A DNA stretch of 64,000 bases from Hormiphora californensis (Eukaryota > Animalia > Ctenophora): the NCBI GenBank assembly GCA_020137815.1, contig CM035358.1:186001-250000 (forward strand), read 5' to 3'. The notes under the pieces were generated by a model. That model was not told the origin of the DNA and ran no database searches. It saw only the letters and a program-made list of their open reading frames with translations. Positions 48,256 through 60,501 of the stretch are shown here, one piece after another; the stretch's first letter is position 1; each line of letters starts with the position of its first letter. Both the position numbers and the translations under genes were made by a program.

Positions 48256-48444
48256 AACAACAGCATTTCGATGAACGATCGTGAAGTAAGAAATTCACCA
48301 TCTCCTTCTCCACCTCCTTTTCCTGAAAGTGATGCCGGCGTTGCAGTAGATTCATCTATTGCTTTAGATATAATGGATGCCCCGACCAAAGATGGAGGCT
48401 CTGTCTACTGTGAAAACCACCCTGAAGATGACACGGACATTTAA
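48256..48444 (+). CDS. Possible terminal exon or short ORF (acidic, Pro/Ser-rich), gene unknown
   Basis: Non-repetitive open frame NNSISMNDREVRNSPSPSPPPFPESD...CENHPEDDTDI-stop; no upstream exons found. Confidence 0.25.
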   Translation, partial: NNSISMNDREVRNSPSPSPPPFPESDAGVAVDSSIALDIMDAPTKDGGSVYCENHPEDDTDI

Positions 48445-48451
48445 TTGAGAG

Positions 48452-48507
<56 letters not shown>

Positions 48508-48706
48508 ATAGCTATGATGAGATATAAAAAGAGATACAAAAAAAGCACACCCCACAAAACACAAAACACGGGACAGAAGTGGATGAACAAACAATACGAA
48601 ACGCACGGATAAGTGGATTCGAGAGGGAGTGCAGATAGTGGGAAAACAGGGAGAGTACATGCATTATGAAAGGTCGCCGAGGAATGAATAGTCAGCGTCA
48701 TAAAGA

Positions 48707-48753
<47 letters not shown>

Positions 48754-48805
48754 GCGCTCTCGTCTCTCTTCTTACTCTCCTTCTCTCTCGCTCTCTCCTC
48801 TCTCT

Positions 48806-48836
<31 letters not shown>

Positions 48837-49645
48837 GCTATCTCGCTCTGCCCTCTCTCTCTCTTCTCGCCTCTTTTCTCTTTCCCTCCTCCCTCTTTTC
48901 CTTTTCCCCTTTCATTTTACCTTCTTTTTTCCCCCTCACTTCCTCCATCTTCTTATCCCCCGGGTATTTTTCCCCCCCTCGTCTTTTTGTCATCTCGCTG
49001 GAGCCTTCTCTCTCTCGGCTCGCCTCTGAGCGCTACGAATCCCAAATCTACTGATGCGGGTTCTCTGTCGCTCTTGGCCCTCCGGAAATATCTAAGGCGT
49101 GGGCGAATGGTCATGCTGCGGTATCGTACTCTCAACTGCAATGACCAACGGAAGCGCGGTGACGGTGGAGGAAACACAACAAACAAAGAGTCAGGCGGCT
49201 AAGAAGTTATGTCTAGAGGTCGTCTTTTGGTAAATCACCACGGAACGCCGACTTGCTATGTTCCCTGCGACTCAGCTTGCTCTTCTCTGGCTCTATTCAG
49301 GCTTGAGGAAGACTTTTGTAATCGGATAGTAGTACATATATATTTAGTCATTACATGCGTGGCCAGGTCATCATGTATTTCCGTGTGAGCGATCGGGTCC
49401 TACACGCACCCATCACCCGCCCTCCTTTCCGTTGAACTATCCTCTCTTCCATGCATGTTCTCTGTCGCCTCTGACTCCCCTAGCTCCTCCTTGTTACCGC
49501 CACTTTGTTTACTTTGGCCGTTACTGTTCTACTTCTAACGCTATAAATATAGATTTTCTTTTGGGGGGAAGCGAGGAAACACACTCAGCACCTTCCCACA
49601 CACGATGGAAATAGTAGGAACATTGAGTGCGAGAAATATAGAATG

Positions 49646-51946
49646 ATGGGGAGCTCAATTTCATAAAAATAAAATCAACGCATTTTGGCCTTGGGCAGTG
49701 CAGCAGTCCACTCTGTAATTTGTTAAAGTCCTAAGATACTAGGCCATTCTATTATTCTAAAATCTAACAGCCGATGCTATATGGGCCCCCATACTCATAG
49801 CATGTAGGATTTTATTATGCCTATAAGTTGTACCTGAAAACTTATAACACGAGACCGAAGGTCGAGTGTTATAAGTGCAAGGGTCACCACACACCAAAGT
49901 TAAAATTAAAATTAAAATTTGACGTTTTTGGTCATAACTCTGCCATTTCTTGGCAAAATTGCTTCATTTTGGGCTTGTTGGAAAGAGGGCATCGAGCCCG
50001 TTCTGAACATCTCAAGAAACTTGAAATCCGCGCAAAGTGCGCGGCATTAAGGCGCATAATGCGCGTGTTAAAATTTTAAAATTTTAACGCGCACATTTTG
50101 CTCTGTAACGCCGCACACTTTGCGCGGATTTCAAGTTTCTTGAGATGTTCAGAACGGGCTCGATGCCCTCTTTCCAACAAGCCCAAAATGAAGCAATTTT
50201 GCCAAGAAATGGCAGAGTTATGACCAAAAACGTCAAATTTTAATTTTAATTTTAACTTTGGTGTGTGGTGACCCCAACAATAATGATCCGAGACCACAGG
50301 TCGAGGCAGATTCTTGTACTTTAGTGCACGAGCCTGCGAGTGCCACTAAGTTTGACTACCTCACGAGCCTGCGAGTGATGTAGTTTTACTTTTTGACCGA
50401 GCCTGCGAGGTCTAAAAGTGTACGAATCTGGGACATTATTGTTGACGTCAGGTACAACGAAAACAGGCATAATAAAATTGCATTGTAAAATTTTTTAAAC
50501 AAGAGTGAGAGACACTTTAGCATAGGGCGTAACAATAGAACAAATTCATGATAAGGTAGCAGGCAGAGAAATCAGTACAAGATAAGATAACGCCTGAGAT
50601 AGGTAAAGAGAGTGAGAGATTAGTGAGAGTGAGAGATAAAGAATGTGTGGGTCCGGGAGTTCGTAACTGTTATCTTGATTTCGATGCTGCAACGGGCGTG
50701 AGAGTGTGACATAAAGAAAGAGAGAGAGGGAGTTCGTACACGTTTATCTTTCTAACGGTTTTTAAAACGTGACAGAAACAGTGGAGTTCGAAGTGCAGCA
50801 GTGTTATAAGTTTTCATGTATAACTGGGCAGTGTTATAAGTTTTCACTTATAACACTGGGCAGTGTTATAAGTTTTCACTTATAACACTGCCCAGTGTTA
50901 TAAGTTGTACAAGCAGTGCTACCTAAAGAATTATATTATATCTCAAAATTTTACAATGCTATGAGTATGGCCATGGGGGCCCAGGCCAGTTTGGATTGGG
51001 CTACAAAGAGAAATCTGAAATATTGATTTGTAGTTTAATTTAGGTAAACTTACTCTCGAAATGTATCCTAGACCCCCTCATTTTTGGCAGTTAGGTCACT
51101 TTACCCAACTGTCTGACCCCCTCAGACACCCACCACCCTAACTGTCATGGGTATGGCACAGCTAAATATAGATATAGAATCCGCCTAGATATGAGTTTTC
51201 TGTTTAGATAGGCGACTCATGGAACATTCATAGGGCGGGATACACACTGAAGTTGGGCGCGCTCGTTCAAATCTCAACCTCGCGACACACACTGAAGTTT
51301 GAAGTTTCGTGGAAACCCATTTTTGGCTGAGAAATCATTTGTAAGAGGCTAAAGTATTTACTGGTACATCTTTCGAGATGTCCTTTATCCATACTTGCCT
51401 TGTTCGACCCTCCTTCCCCGCGCCCCGCGTTTGAACAAAACAAATCCATACTGAGTCAATTTCACCGTTTTTGAAATTTTTGGCTAATTCGGTCACAGTT
51501 GCCCCAATTCACCAAAAATTCTAAAAACGGTGAAATTGACTCGGTATGGATAAAGGACACCTCAAGAGATGTACCAGTAAATAAGTTAGCCTCTTACAAG
51601 TGATTTCTCAGCCGAAAATGGGTCTCCGCGAAACTTCGAACTTCGAACTTCAGTGCGTGTCGCGAGGTTGATATTTGAACATGCACGCCCAACTTCAGTG
51701 TGTCTCGCCCCTTGTACTAAACTCCGCTAGTCACTAGATCATTTGTAATTGTGTTAACAATATTTCAGATTTCTCTTTGTAGCCAAATCCAAACTGGCCT
51801 GGGCCCCCATATAGCATCGGCTGTTAGATTTTAGAAAAATAGAATGGCCTAGTATCTTAGGACTTGAACAAATTACAGAGTGGACTGCTGCACTGCCCAA
51901 GGCCAAAATGCGTTGATTTTATTTTTATGGAACTTGAGCTCCCCAT
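49646..51946. mobile_element. Composite TIR element with nested foldbacks (49881-50274 and about 51243-51702)
   Basis: About 140-bp outer TIR atggggagctcaa...gatgctatatggg. The inner 49881-50274 element has GGG..CCC ends and a CAA TSD. Confidence 0.8.
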
Positions 51947-52004
51947 TTATATTTCTGCCTCCTATAAGTTCCTACATTCCATCGTGTGTGACTGTGAGTG
52001 TGTG

Positions 52005-52151
<147 letters not shown>

Positions 52152-52620
52152 GGGGTCCTTGGGTCATTAGCTAAAACAACAGGTGGCTCCCGGTCCCATT
52201 ACAAATTTTACTCGAAAAGGGGCTTCAGCTTTCCTCCCTGGACCGATCCATAACAGTGATAATTAGATCATTTTGAAACCGACTGGCTGGAACGCGCGAT
52301 GCAATATTACGGTAAATGGCCTCTAGCGGTAGCACTATACTATGCGGACCACATATGTGCTGGAACAGGGTTCTGGGTTTTTTGGGACAAACGATCGCCT
52401 ACTTGTGTGTTTTAAATCAAGTTCTCTTAACTTGTGTAATTGCGTGCTCCCCATAAAAAACTGTGATTACACATGTAAATATACAATAATAAGAGCATCG
52501 CTTGTGTTGGGGCGCGCAATTATAACACCGCGCATTATATATAAGGGGGATTGTGAGCCGCGCGACAATACAAAACCTGAAGTTTAGTTGTACGTACCGC
52601 GCCCGGCTGGTTTTTTCAAC

Positions 52621-52768
52621 GAGGCCCCTCGGAAATGTTCAAGTCATGCACAATCAAGTCACGCCCACCAATCACAGCTCAGAACGCGCGGAGTGCTTCG
52701 CGCGTTCTGAGCTGTGATTGGTGGGCACGACTTGATTGTGCATGACTTGAACATTTCCGAGGGGCCTC
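52621..52768. mobile_element. 148-bp hairpin MITE
   Basis: gaggcccctcggaaatgttcaagtcatgc...cgcg / cgcg...gcatgacttgaacatttccgaggggcctc. Confidence 0.85.
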
Positions 52769-52929
52769 ACAACAAAAAATATGTCCGAAAAGGTTAGAAA
52801 GCGCTGCTTTATCCCGCGCTGCTATCGGGGGCCAGCAACGTTTGCCAACGAAAAGGTGGAGGATTAGCCATTAGGGTTTTTTTAGGATTGGGTGGACCAA
52901 GTATTTTACGAACAAATCGCTGCTACGAA

Positions 52930-55900
52930 ACCACAGTGTGCACTCGAGAACGTTTGAGTGCACAGAAGCATTTGTAAAGGGAAGTGTAGGTCTCCGTTTT
53001 TCAGTGATTTACCGCACTGGAAATGAACATGCACAGTTTTTAGCTGAATTCAGTGCCTACCTATCGTCATTTATCTCGAAAGGAGGTGTACCGATCCTTC
53101 TGGGTGACTTCAATGTTAGATTTCAGGACGAAACTGATAGTTTTACAATACGTTTCAAGGAACTAATTGACTCGGAAGGTTGGATACAAAACGTGGTAGG
53201 CCGAACTCACTCGAGAGGTGGAACTCTGGATTTGGTGCTAACTAGGGAAGGAGAGGATATCGGTTTAAGTGATGTTGACGTTTACCGGTCTCCGGTACTG
53301 CCCGATCATTCTCTTGTGAGCTTCTTTTTAGACGTTTCCGGTATAAGTACGACCTCAGAATACAAGATAGTTACGAGTCGGATGATGAAGGACTTCGATA
53401 TAGAGGATCTCAGGATGGACATACTCGACTCGGATCTTTGTGGAGAACTACCGGATGAGTTAGATGGCTGTGTGAGTCTCTACAACTCTGTAACACGATC
53501 TTTATTGGACAAGAGAGCACCCTATGTTACCAAGAAAGTGAAAACGAGAAATGTCCAGTGGTATAATCAAAACTTTGAGAAATGTCAAATGGCGAAGAGG
53601 TTACGAAGAGGGAAAGAGAGAAAATACAGGGGTAAGCTGAGAAAATCTACAAATCCGTTGGAATTACTTGAACTTTTCCAGGAGTCCAAAGCCCAGGAGA
53701 AAGAGACGGAGAGGGTGATAAAGGGTGTAAGGGAAGGCTTTTTTACTGTAAAGCTGGAAGCACAACGACACGATCCTCGTGGAACGTGGCAGACTGCAAA
53801 TACTCTGTTGGGCAGGGGGAAGCCAGTGGTTGTACCTGGCAACATCGAGCATACTGACCTTGCTGAGGCATTTATGAACGCTTTTAAAGGAAAAGTTGAA
53901 AAGATCTACCAGGCCATGGAGAAAGAGCGACAGGAGAATATGCCCCCTTCACAGGAAACCAATACTCAACAGAAAACAGCACCTACTTTCAAGTTTACGA
54001 ACGTTTCTGATGAGACACTTCGTTCAACTCTACTGGATATGGGAACAAAGCATTGTGAATTAGATCCTCTTCCTACTTCATATGTGCATAATCTCTTCGC
54101 TGAACTTCTACCCATCCTGTCCAAGATTGTCAACACTAGCCTGTCTACAGGGGTTTTTCCGTCCGAGTTAAAGACTGCTTTAATTCGCCCCCTCATCAAA
54201 AAAGCTGACTTAGATCCAGATGACCTCGGCAATTATAGGCCAGTCAGCAACCTACCGTTTCTTGGAAAACTGATCGAGAAGTGTGCTGCTGATCAGTTTG
54301 TCAGACACCTGGAGGAACATGCGTTGCTGCCCAAAAATCAATCAGCCTACCGATCCAATAAAAGCTGTGAGACGGCAACTCTTCGAATTCTGGACGACCT
54401 GCTGATGTTAACTGACTCTAAATCAAAGGTTGCCCTTTTACTCTTAGATATGAGTGCAGCGTTTGACACTGTGAATCACTCAGTCTTGCTTCGACGTCTT
54501 CAGAAGTTGTTTGGAGTTAAGGGTACGTCCCTGGCATGGTTCGAAAGCTACCTCTCGGGGAGAAGTGCATCAGTTTCGGTTGGAGACGTTAAATCAGCTC
54601 TTACGGCCATTGGTATTGGGGTTCCACAGGGATCTATTTTGGGTCCCATACTCTTCATATGTTACACAGCTGAACTGGAACTAATCGCCCTAAAGCATGG
54701 TGTGCACATACACTTCTATGCAGACGACACTCAGATCTATGCTGCTTTCTCCTCAGAGAATTATGCGGACACAGAACTGAGACTGCAGAATTGTACAGCT
54801 GATATACGGTCCTGGCTAACATCTAGCTTCCTACGCCTCAACCCATCGAAGACTGAAATTCTGATTCTATCACCTAGGGATAATGATATTCAGAACTCCT
54901 TTCAGCTGTCAACGGATTGTGATCCTTTGCCCGTCGCTTTATCTGTGAGGAACCTGGGGGTATATTTTGACTCAAACCTAAGTTTTGATGAACATGTAAC
55001 TAGAGTTGTAAAAGCATGCAACGCTACGCTAGTAAACCTCTGGCGGATAGGCGGCAAACTATCAAAAAGACTCAGGACGACCCTCGTATCAAGCCTAGTG
55101 CATTCTAAGCTAGACTACTGCAATTCTCTTCTGGTAGGCATCACCAAGAAGAACCTCGACAGAATGCAGAAAGTTCAAAATGCAGCAGCGAGATTTGTGT
55201 ATGGTCAGAAGAAATGGAGAGGTACTACTAACCTAAGGAAAGCATTACACTTTCTTCCAGTTGCTGAGAGGATTGAATTCAAGATCTGTGTACTGGTTTA
55301 CAAATGTGTAAATGGCCTTGCTCCGGGGTATCTATCCGACCGAATTGAGAAGAGAAGGAGAAAGTCCATGAGCCTCAGGAAAGATGATGACCACCTTCTT
55401 TTGGAGACACCGAGGACAAAATACAAACTCAGCGAAAAGGCGTTCAGTATCTGTGGCCCTCGATTTTGGAATCAACTGCCAAGAGGACTAAGATCAACTG
55501 AGTCTTTGGACCGCTTTAAAAGAGACTTGAAAACGCATCTTTTCGGTAGAGTCTTTACTTAGGTTGTGTCGATTTTCCGGAGTTGGGGAGATTGTCGTCT
55601 TCTGTCGGTGGAAGTAGGGTTGGTAGTCTGTAGTTTGAGCGGTGAGGGTTTGGAGCTTTGTTTGGAAGCAGATGTGGAGCTAAGTGGTGGTACATGGAGT
55701 TGTATTGGATTTAGAGTTGAAGTTGTTATGCTTTGTAGTGTTTGAAGTCGAAGTATTAGAGGCCTCTGGAAGGTTTCGGTGAGGGCTCCTTTTGCTGGCG
55801 GATATTTTTTGTGTTTCTGGACTCTGCGAGGTGTTTGGTCGAAGTGTTGGGTCTCGGTAAGGGCTGGGAGTCTGAAGTTTCGAGCAGCGTAACTGTTGCT

Positions 55901-57071
55901 ATCCGGAGGCAACGATGATTCCTAATTGGTCAACATTCCTATCTGAACTACATTCCTATCAGTGCTACACTCCTATCCTATGATAATTACTAATCATCTG
56001 AAGTCCTTTCCTCCTACATCTGAGCTGAGTAGGGGTCTATTTATATGCCAAGAGTATGTTTATCGAGTTTTGTGTGTTTTATGAGTTTCTGATGTTCCGG
56101 GCCAGAGTAGAGTTCTAGGATTTTTGAGTGAGCGAGCCCCCTGAGGAGCCAGGGCGACGATCCCGGATGTGCCAGGGTGGGGAAACGTTTTATAAACTCT
56201 CTTTTGTTCAATTGAGTGTGGAGATCAGAGAATGTGTTCAGTTGAGTGTGGATAGTGTGTTTTTGAGAGTTAATTTTAGTTTAATTAACTTAGTTTAATC
56301 CTGTAATTAGCTTACCTGACTGACCTTTAATGGTCTTCTCCATTTTTAATTTTTAATCTTATTCTGATATGTATCAACTTATTAACAACTTAATCTTACT
56401 TAGCTATATTATACCTTTCGGAGGTTATTGGTTTAGTTCTTTTTCAAGTCATTAGTTACTATATCTACTTAGCTATTATTCTATTATTACATCTACTTAG
56501 ACATTAACTTATCAACTTAAATATATCGTTATAATACATATTCCTACTCCGTATTAACTTGATTAATACTTTTCTAACTTAATCAATAGTATTCTTACTT
56601 CGTATCACTTAACTTAACTAATACCACAGTTTTTATTTATTAATCATCTTATCAGTTAATCAAGTAATTAATTATCAATTGATTATATCACAAGTAGAAT
56701 TACTTTTCTATAATTTATTAATACATATTTATTTTCATATCATTATCTAATATCGACTATCGACGTTACTTATTAGACTTTCAAGGATCTTAAATCCTAC
56801 AGGTGCCGTTTTAGAAGGCTAGTTAATACTTTTCTATAATTTATTTAAAACTTTTCTATAATTTATTAATACATATTTATTTTCATATCATTATCTAATA
56901 TATCGACTATCGACGTTACTTATTAGACTTCCAAGGATCTTAAATCCTATAGGTGCCGTTTTAGAAGGCTAGTTAATACTGGGAGGACGCTGTTCCGATC
57001 AGCCGATTAGTGTTAGCATTTATTTAGCCCCAAAGCGGAATATAAACGTTAATTGTATTTGTATTTGTATT
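52930..57071 (+). mobile_element. 5'-truncated L2-group LINE with a 3' UTR of about 1.5 kb
   Basis: The UTR contains an internal duplication of about 130 bp (56703-56980) and ends gcggaatataaacgttaa(ttgtat)n. Confidence 0.8.
52938..55562 (+). CDS. L2-group (L2/Crack/Daphne) LINE ORF2: N-truncated AP endonuclease plus reverse transcriptase
   Basis: VIYR, LGDFN, TH..G.TLDLVLT, PDH; NYRPVSNLPFLGK, LLDMSAAFDTVNH, GVPQGSILGP, YADDTQ, SKLDYCNS. Open for 874 codons. Confidence 0.95.
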   Translation: MHSRTFECTEAFVKGSVGLRFSVIYRTGNEHAQFLAEFSAYLSSFISKGGVPILLGDFNVRFQDETDSFTIRFKELIDSEGWIQNVVGRTHSRGGTLDLVLTREGEDIGLSDVDVYRSPVLPDHSLVSFFLDVSGISTTSEYKIVTSRMMKDFDIEDLRMDILDSDLCGELPDELDGCVSLYNSVTRSLLDKRAPYVTKKVKTRNVQWYNQNFEKCQMAKRLRRGKERKYRGKLRKSTNPLELLELFQESKAQEKETERVIKGVREGFFTVKLEAQRHDPRGTWQTANTLLGRGKPVVVPGNIEHTDLAEAFMNAFKGKVEKIYQAMEKERQENMPPSQETNTQQKTAPTFKFTNVSDETLRSTLLDMGTKHCELDPLPTSYVHNLFAELLPILSKIVNTSLSTGVFPSELKTALIRPLIKKADLDPDDLGNYRPVSNLPFLGKLIEKCAADQFVRHLEEHALLPKNQSAYRSNKSCETATLRILDDLLMLTDSKSKVALLLLDMSAAFDTVNHSVLLRRLQKLFGVKGTSLAWFESYLSGRSASVSVGDVKSALTAIGIGVPQGSILGPILFICYTAELELIALKHGVHIHFYADDTQIYAAFSSENYADTELRLQNCTADIRSWLTSSFLRLNPSKTEILILSPRDNDIQNSFQLSTDCDPLPVALSVRNLGVYFDSNLSFDEHVTRVVKACNATLVNLWRIGGKLSKRLRTTLVSSLVHSKLDYCNSLLVGITKKNLDRMQKVQNAAARFVYGQKKWRGTTNLRKALHFLPVAERIEFKICVLVYKCVNGLAPGYLSDRIEKRRRKSMSLRKDDDHLLLETPRTKYKLSEKAFSICGPRFWNQLPRGLRSTESLDRFKRDLKTHLFGRVFT

Positions 57072-57764
57072 CTGTGCTTACCTGCTTCGGCCTGTCCAAG
57101 AAATGGCTTTTTCTGATGCGGACTCCAGCTCTTATGGGTTCCATATTCAAACTTTTCAACACTACTTTAAACAAATTAGTTTGAGTTTCAGCAAATGTCT
57201 AAAGTCCGTTTCAAGCGACTTGACCCGTAATTCTTGGAATTTGGCGCATTGCGTGTGTATTTACAAAGGGGAAATCCTGAATTTCCAGGAATCTCAGGTC
57301 AAGTCGTTTGAAACGCACTTTATGCAAGAGCCCAGGAGGGCAGCAAGAAATGACAAGCTCCGATAATGAAATAGATATACGGATCTACCTGCAGGAAACA
57401 GACGTTGAAGAGGAACAAATTCGATACTGTCAAGAACAAACGGCGCCAAAGTTGGGGGCACAAAAAAGGGCCGGCGTTTAAATGTGGGTGTTTCGTGAGT
57501 GCTGACAAACGGTTTTTTAGGGTTTTGTATTTTGACCCTTCTACTGTTTTTTAGGGTTAGGGCTAAAGTAAGGTTTGGGTTGGGGTTAGGCCTTGACATT
57601 TCCTCCCAGATAAACTTTGAATTAGCCAAAACGGTTGAGTGGTTTGGCGGTTAGAGCCCTGAGCCATTTTAGTGAATCACCTTTTTTGGCAGCGTGCACC
57701 TGTAAACCGGCCACGAAACACCCAGATCGTAACGGCGCCCACAAAACAGCAGTGACCACGCCTT

Positions 57765-59465
57765 AATCTGCTAGGTCGGAGGCTTTGACATGTGGAGACA
57801 CGACCACCTTCGGGATACCTTAGCCGATATCCTCCGGTACGCGGGATTTAAACCCGTTAACACTGAATAGCCAATGTTGCCCTGTGATGGATTCAACTTG
57901 CCAATCAGTGCAAATATCCAAGCTGAATCACGAATGGACATAGTCTGTCGTGGCTTGTGGTCTGACATGCATGCCAGTTTCATGGATGTACGGGTTTTCC
58001 ATCCAAATGCCCCATCCTACCTGAAGGTGCCCATCACGAACCTGTATAAACAGCACCAAAATCAAAAGAAACTGGCCTATATGCGAAGGGTGCAAGAAGT
58101 GGAGCAGGCTTCCTTCACTCCTCTCGTATTTTCCACATCGGGAGGGTTTGCCGGAGAGGTAGGTTCTTGAACGAGCGGCCAGGAAGATCTGTGACAGGCA
58201 CAAGGAATGTTACGCTGAAACCATGTCCTTCATCCGTGAAAGGGGGGGGGGTGACACGTAACACTTTGTAACACTTTGTAACATGTAACGTGCACAAAAA
58301 GTTTTCTGCACATGTTACAAAGTGTTACATAGTGTTACAAAGTGTTACATAGTGTTACAAAGTGTTACAAAGTGTTACATAGTGTTACAAAGTGTTACAT
58401 AGTGTTACAAAGTGTTACATAGTGTTACATAGTGTTACAAAGTGTTACATAGTGTTACAAAGTGTTACATAGTGTTACAAAGTGTTACAAAGTGTTACAT
58501 AGTGTTACAAAGTGTCACAAAGTGTTACATAGTGTCACAAAGTGTTACAAATTGTTACAAAGTGTTACAAATTGTTACAAAATATTTACAAAATATATAA
58601 GACGGTTGGTGAATAAGTAATTTGAACGACTTTGGTGTCTTTCTAGAACACATCTAAAAGTTTTAAATCATTTCTAGGGTTAAAACATACACTTTTTTAC
58701 TAATTTGCGGATGTTTTGAGCCTCCGATGTCATCGACTGTGGAAATCAGGGCTGAAATAGTCCATTTGGTAAAGAAAAATATGAACTTTAGACAACGGTA
58801 AAGTTTTTAGAGTGATATTAAAAGTATTGTGCCTCTCAGAGGCCCCCAATGTGCTGAGTCACCTGTGAGTTGTGACCCAATCGACTTTTTTTTCATTGGT
58901 AATCGATTCTTTGTACTTAATAAGATGATATATATATAGTACAACGTTTCTGTTGGAAAAAGAAATAAAATTTTTCCAAAATCAATTTTTTGGTCAAAGA
59001 TTGAAAATTTGCTTCGCTACAAATCCTTGTGTGTTTGTAAATATTTTGTAACAATTTGTAACACTTTGTAACAATTTGTAACACTTTGTGACACTATGTA
59101 ACACTTTGTGACACTTTGTAACACTATGTAACACTTTGTAACACTATGTAACACTTTGTAACACTTTGTAACACTATGTAACACTTTGTAACACTATGTA
59201 ACACTTTGTAACACTATGTAACACTTTGTAACACTATGTAACACTTTGTAACACTATGTAACACTTTGTAACACTATGTAACACTTTGTAACATGTAACG
59301 TGCACAAAAAGTTTTCTGCACATGTTACAAAGTGTTACAAAGTGTTACGTGTCACCCCTCCCGTGAAAAGACACGGTTCAGCCTATTGAAATCAACACTT
59401 GTTGCGCTTAGGGGCACAAAAAGACGTGTGAGCCCAGTCATAGTGGAAAATGTTGACTTTCGAGA
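57765..59465 (+). mobile_element. CRE-clade retrotransposon 3' fragment (RLE domain), split by a MITE
   Basis: GG...RHDHLRD; SRMDIVCRGLW...DVRVFHPNAPSY...KKLAY...FTPLVFSTSGG; MSFIRE/KTRFSLLKSTLVALRG reads across the insertion. Confidence 0.85.
58242..59362. mobile_element. Oligo-G/oligo-C-ended TIR element with (AGTGTTACAA)n subterminal arrays
   Basis: GTGAAA direct repeat at 58236-58241 and 59363-59368 (could be read as 8 bp CCGTGAAA); related fragment at 16110-16290. Confidence 0.85.
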
Positions 59466-59472
59466 TACGTGA

Positions 59473-59566
<94 letters not shown>

Positions 59567-59606
59567 TATGCAGATTGCAGGTGTGTGGGTAATTTATTGT
59601 AATTGT

Positions 59607-60234
59607 GGGGGGGGGGGGTCCAGTCCTAAAAAAAGCTAAAGGTACCCTGATTTTGGTCGATAGCGTTTTTTATTTTAGCTTTTTTAGCTTTTTTTAGCTT
59701 TTTTAGCTTTTTTTAGCCCTACTTTTTATGTTTTTTCAGCATTCATCTTGACACTTTTCCATTAAATTTTCATCCTTCCGGACGTCTATTGACTGCATTT
59801 GTTCATTTCCTGCACATTTTTTACCATAATCTACCGTTTATGTCCATACATAGCAATTTCTGTATCCACCCCTACTGCCATTTTCTGGAGACATTTTTTC
59901 GATAAAAATATTATTCAAATTTGATAAAAATAGTTTTAAAAAAGTTCAAAAAACGTTATAAAACGTTATAATAAAAGTTTAAAAAATTTGGCGTCAGCGG
60001 GATTCGAACCTATATGATTCCACTAAAAACTCAATTTTAGCTTTTTTTTTAGCTTTTTTTAGCTTTTTATAGCCTTAAAAAAGCTAAAAAAAGCTAAATA
60101 AAGCTAAAAAAAGCTAAAAAAAGCTAAAAAAGGCTAAAAAAAGCTAAAAGCTAAAAAAAGCTAAAAAAAGCTAAAGGTACCCTGATTTTGGCCGTTAGCT
60201 TAGCTTTTTTTAGGGCTGGACCCCCCCCCCCCCC
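59607..60234. mobile_element. Oligo-G/oligo-C-ended TIR element with (AAAAAAGCT)n arrays, 6-bp TSD
   Basis: AATTGT-G12 tccagtccta...tagggctgga C14-AATTGT. Confidence 0.85.
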
Positions 60235-60501
60235 AATTGTTTTTCTGTACAAAGTCCAAGTTGGGGTTCCTTTTCGTTGGTCTTGAAAAGCGCTGCTTTA
60301 TCCCTCCTGCGTGTTTGCCAATTGTTGGTCTTTGGATGCCAATGCAGTTTGATTTTTACATGGATCTTAGATTATTTCACCCAAATGCACCTTCTTATAT
60401 CAAACAGCCCTTCATCAGTCTGTATATTGTATCATGTCGTAAAATTGCATAATGATGCTTTAATATAATCTTTTCCACATTTAGAAAAGAGGTAGTCTGT
60501 C

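Noticed and set aside
60330-60425. ORF upstream of eIF4A3 as a uORF or exon
   Set aside because: FYMDLRLFHPNAPSY is a decayed CRE RLE fragment like 57874-58170.
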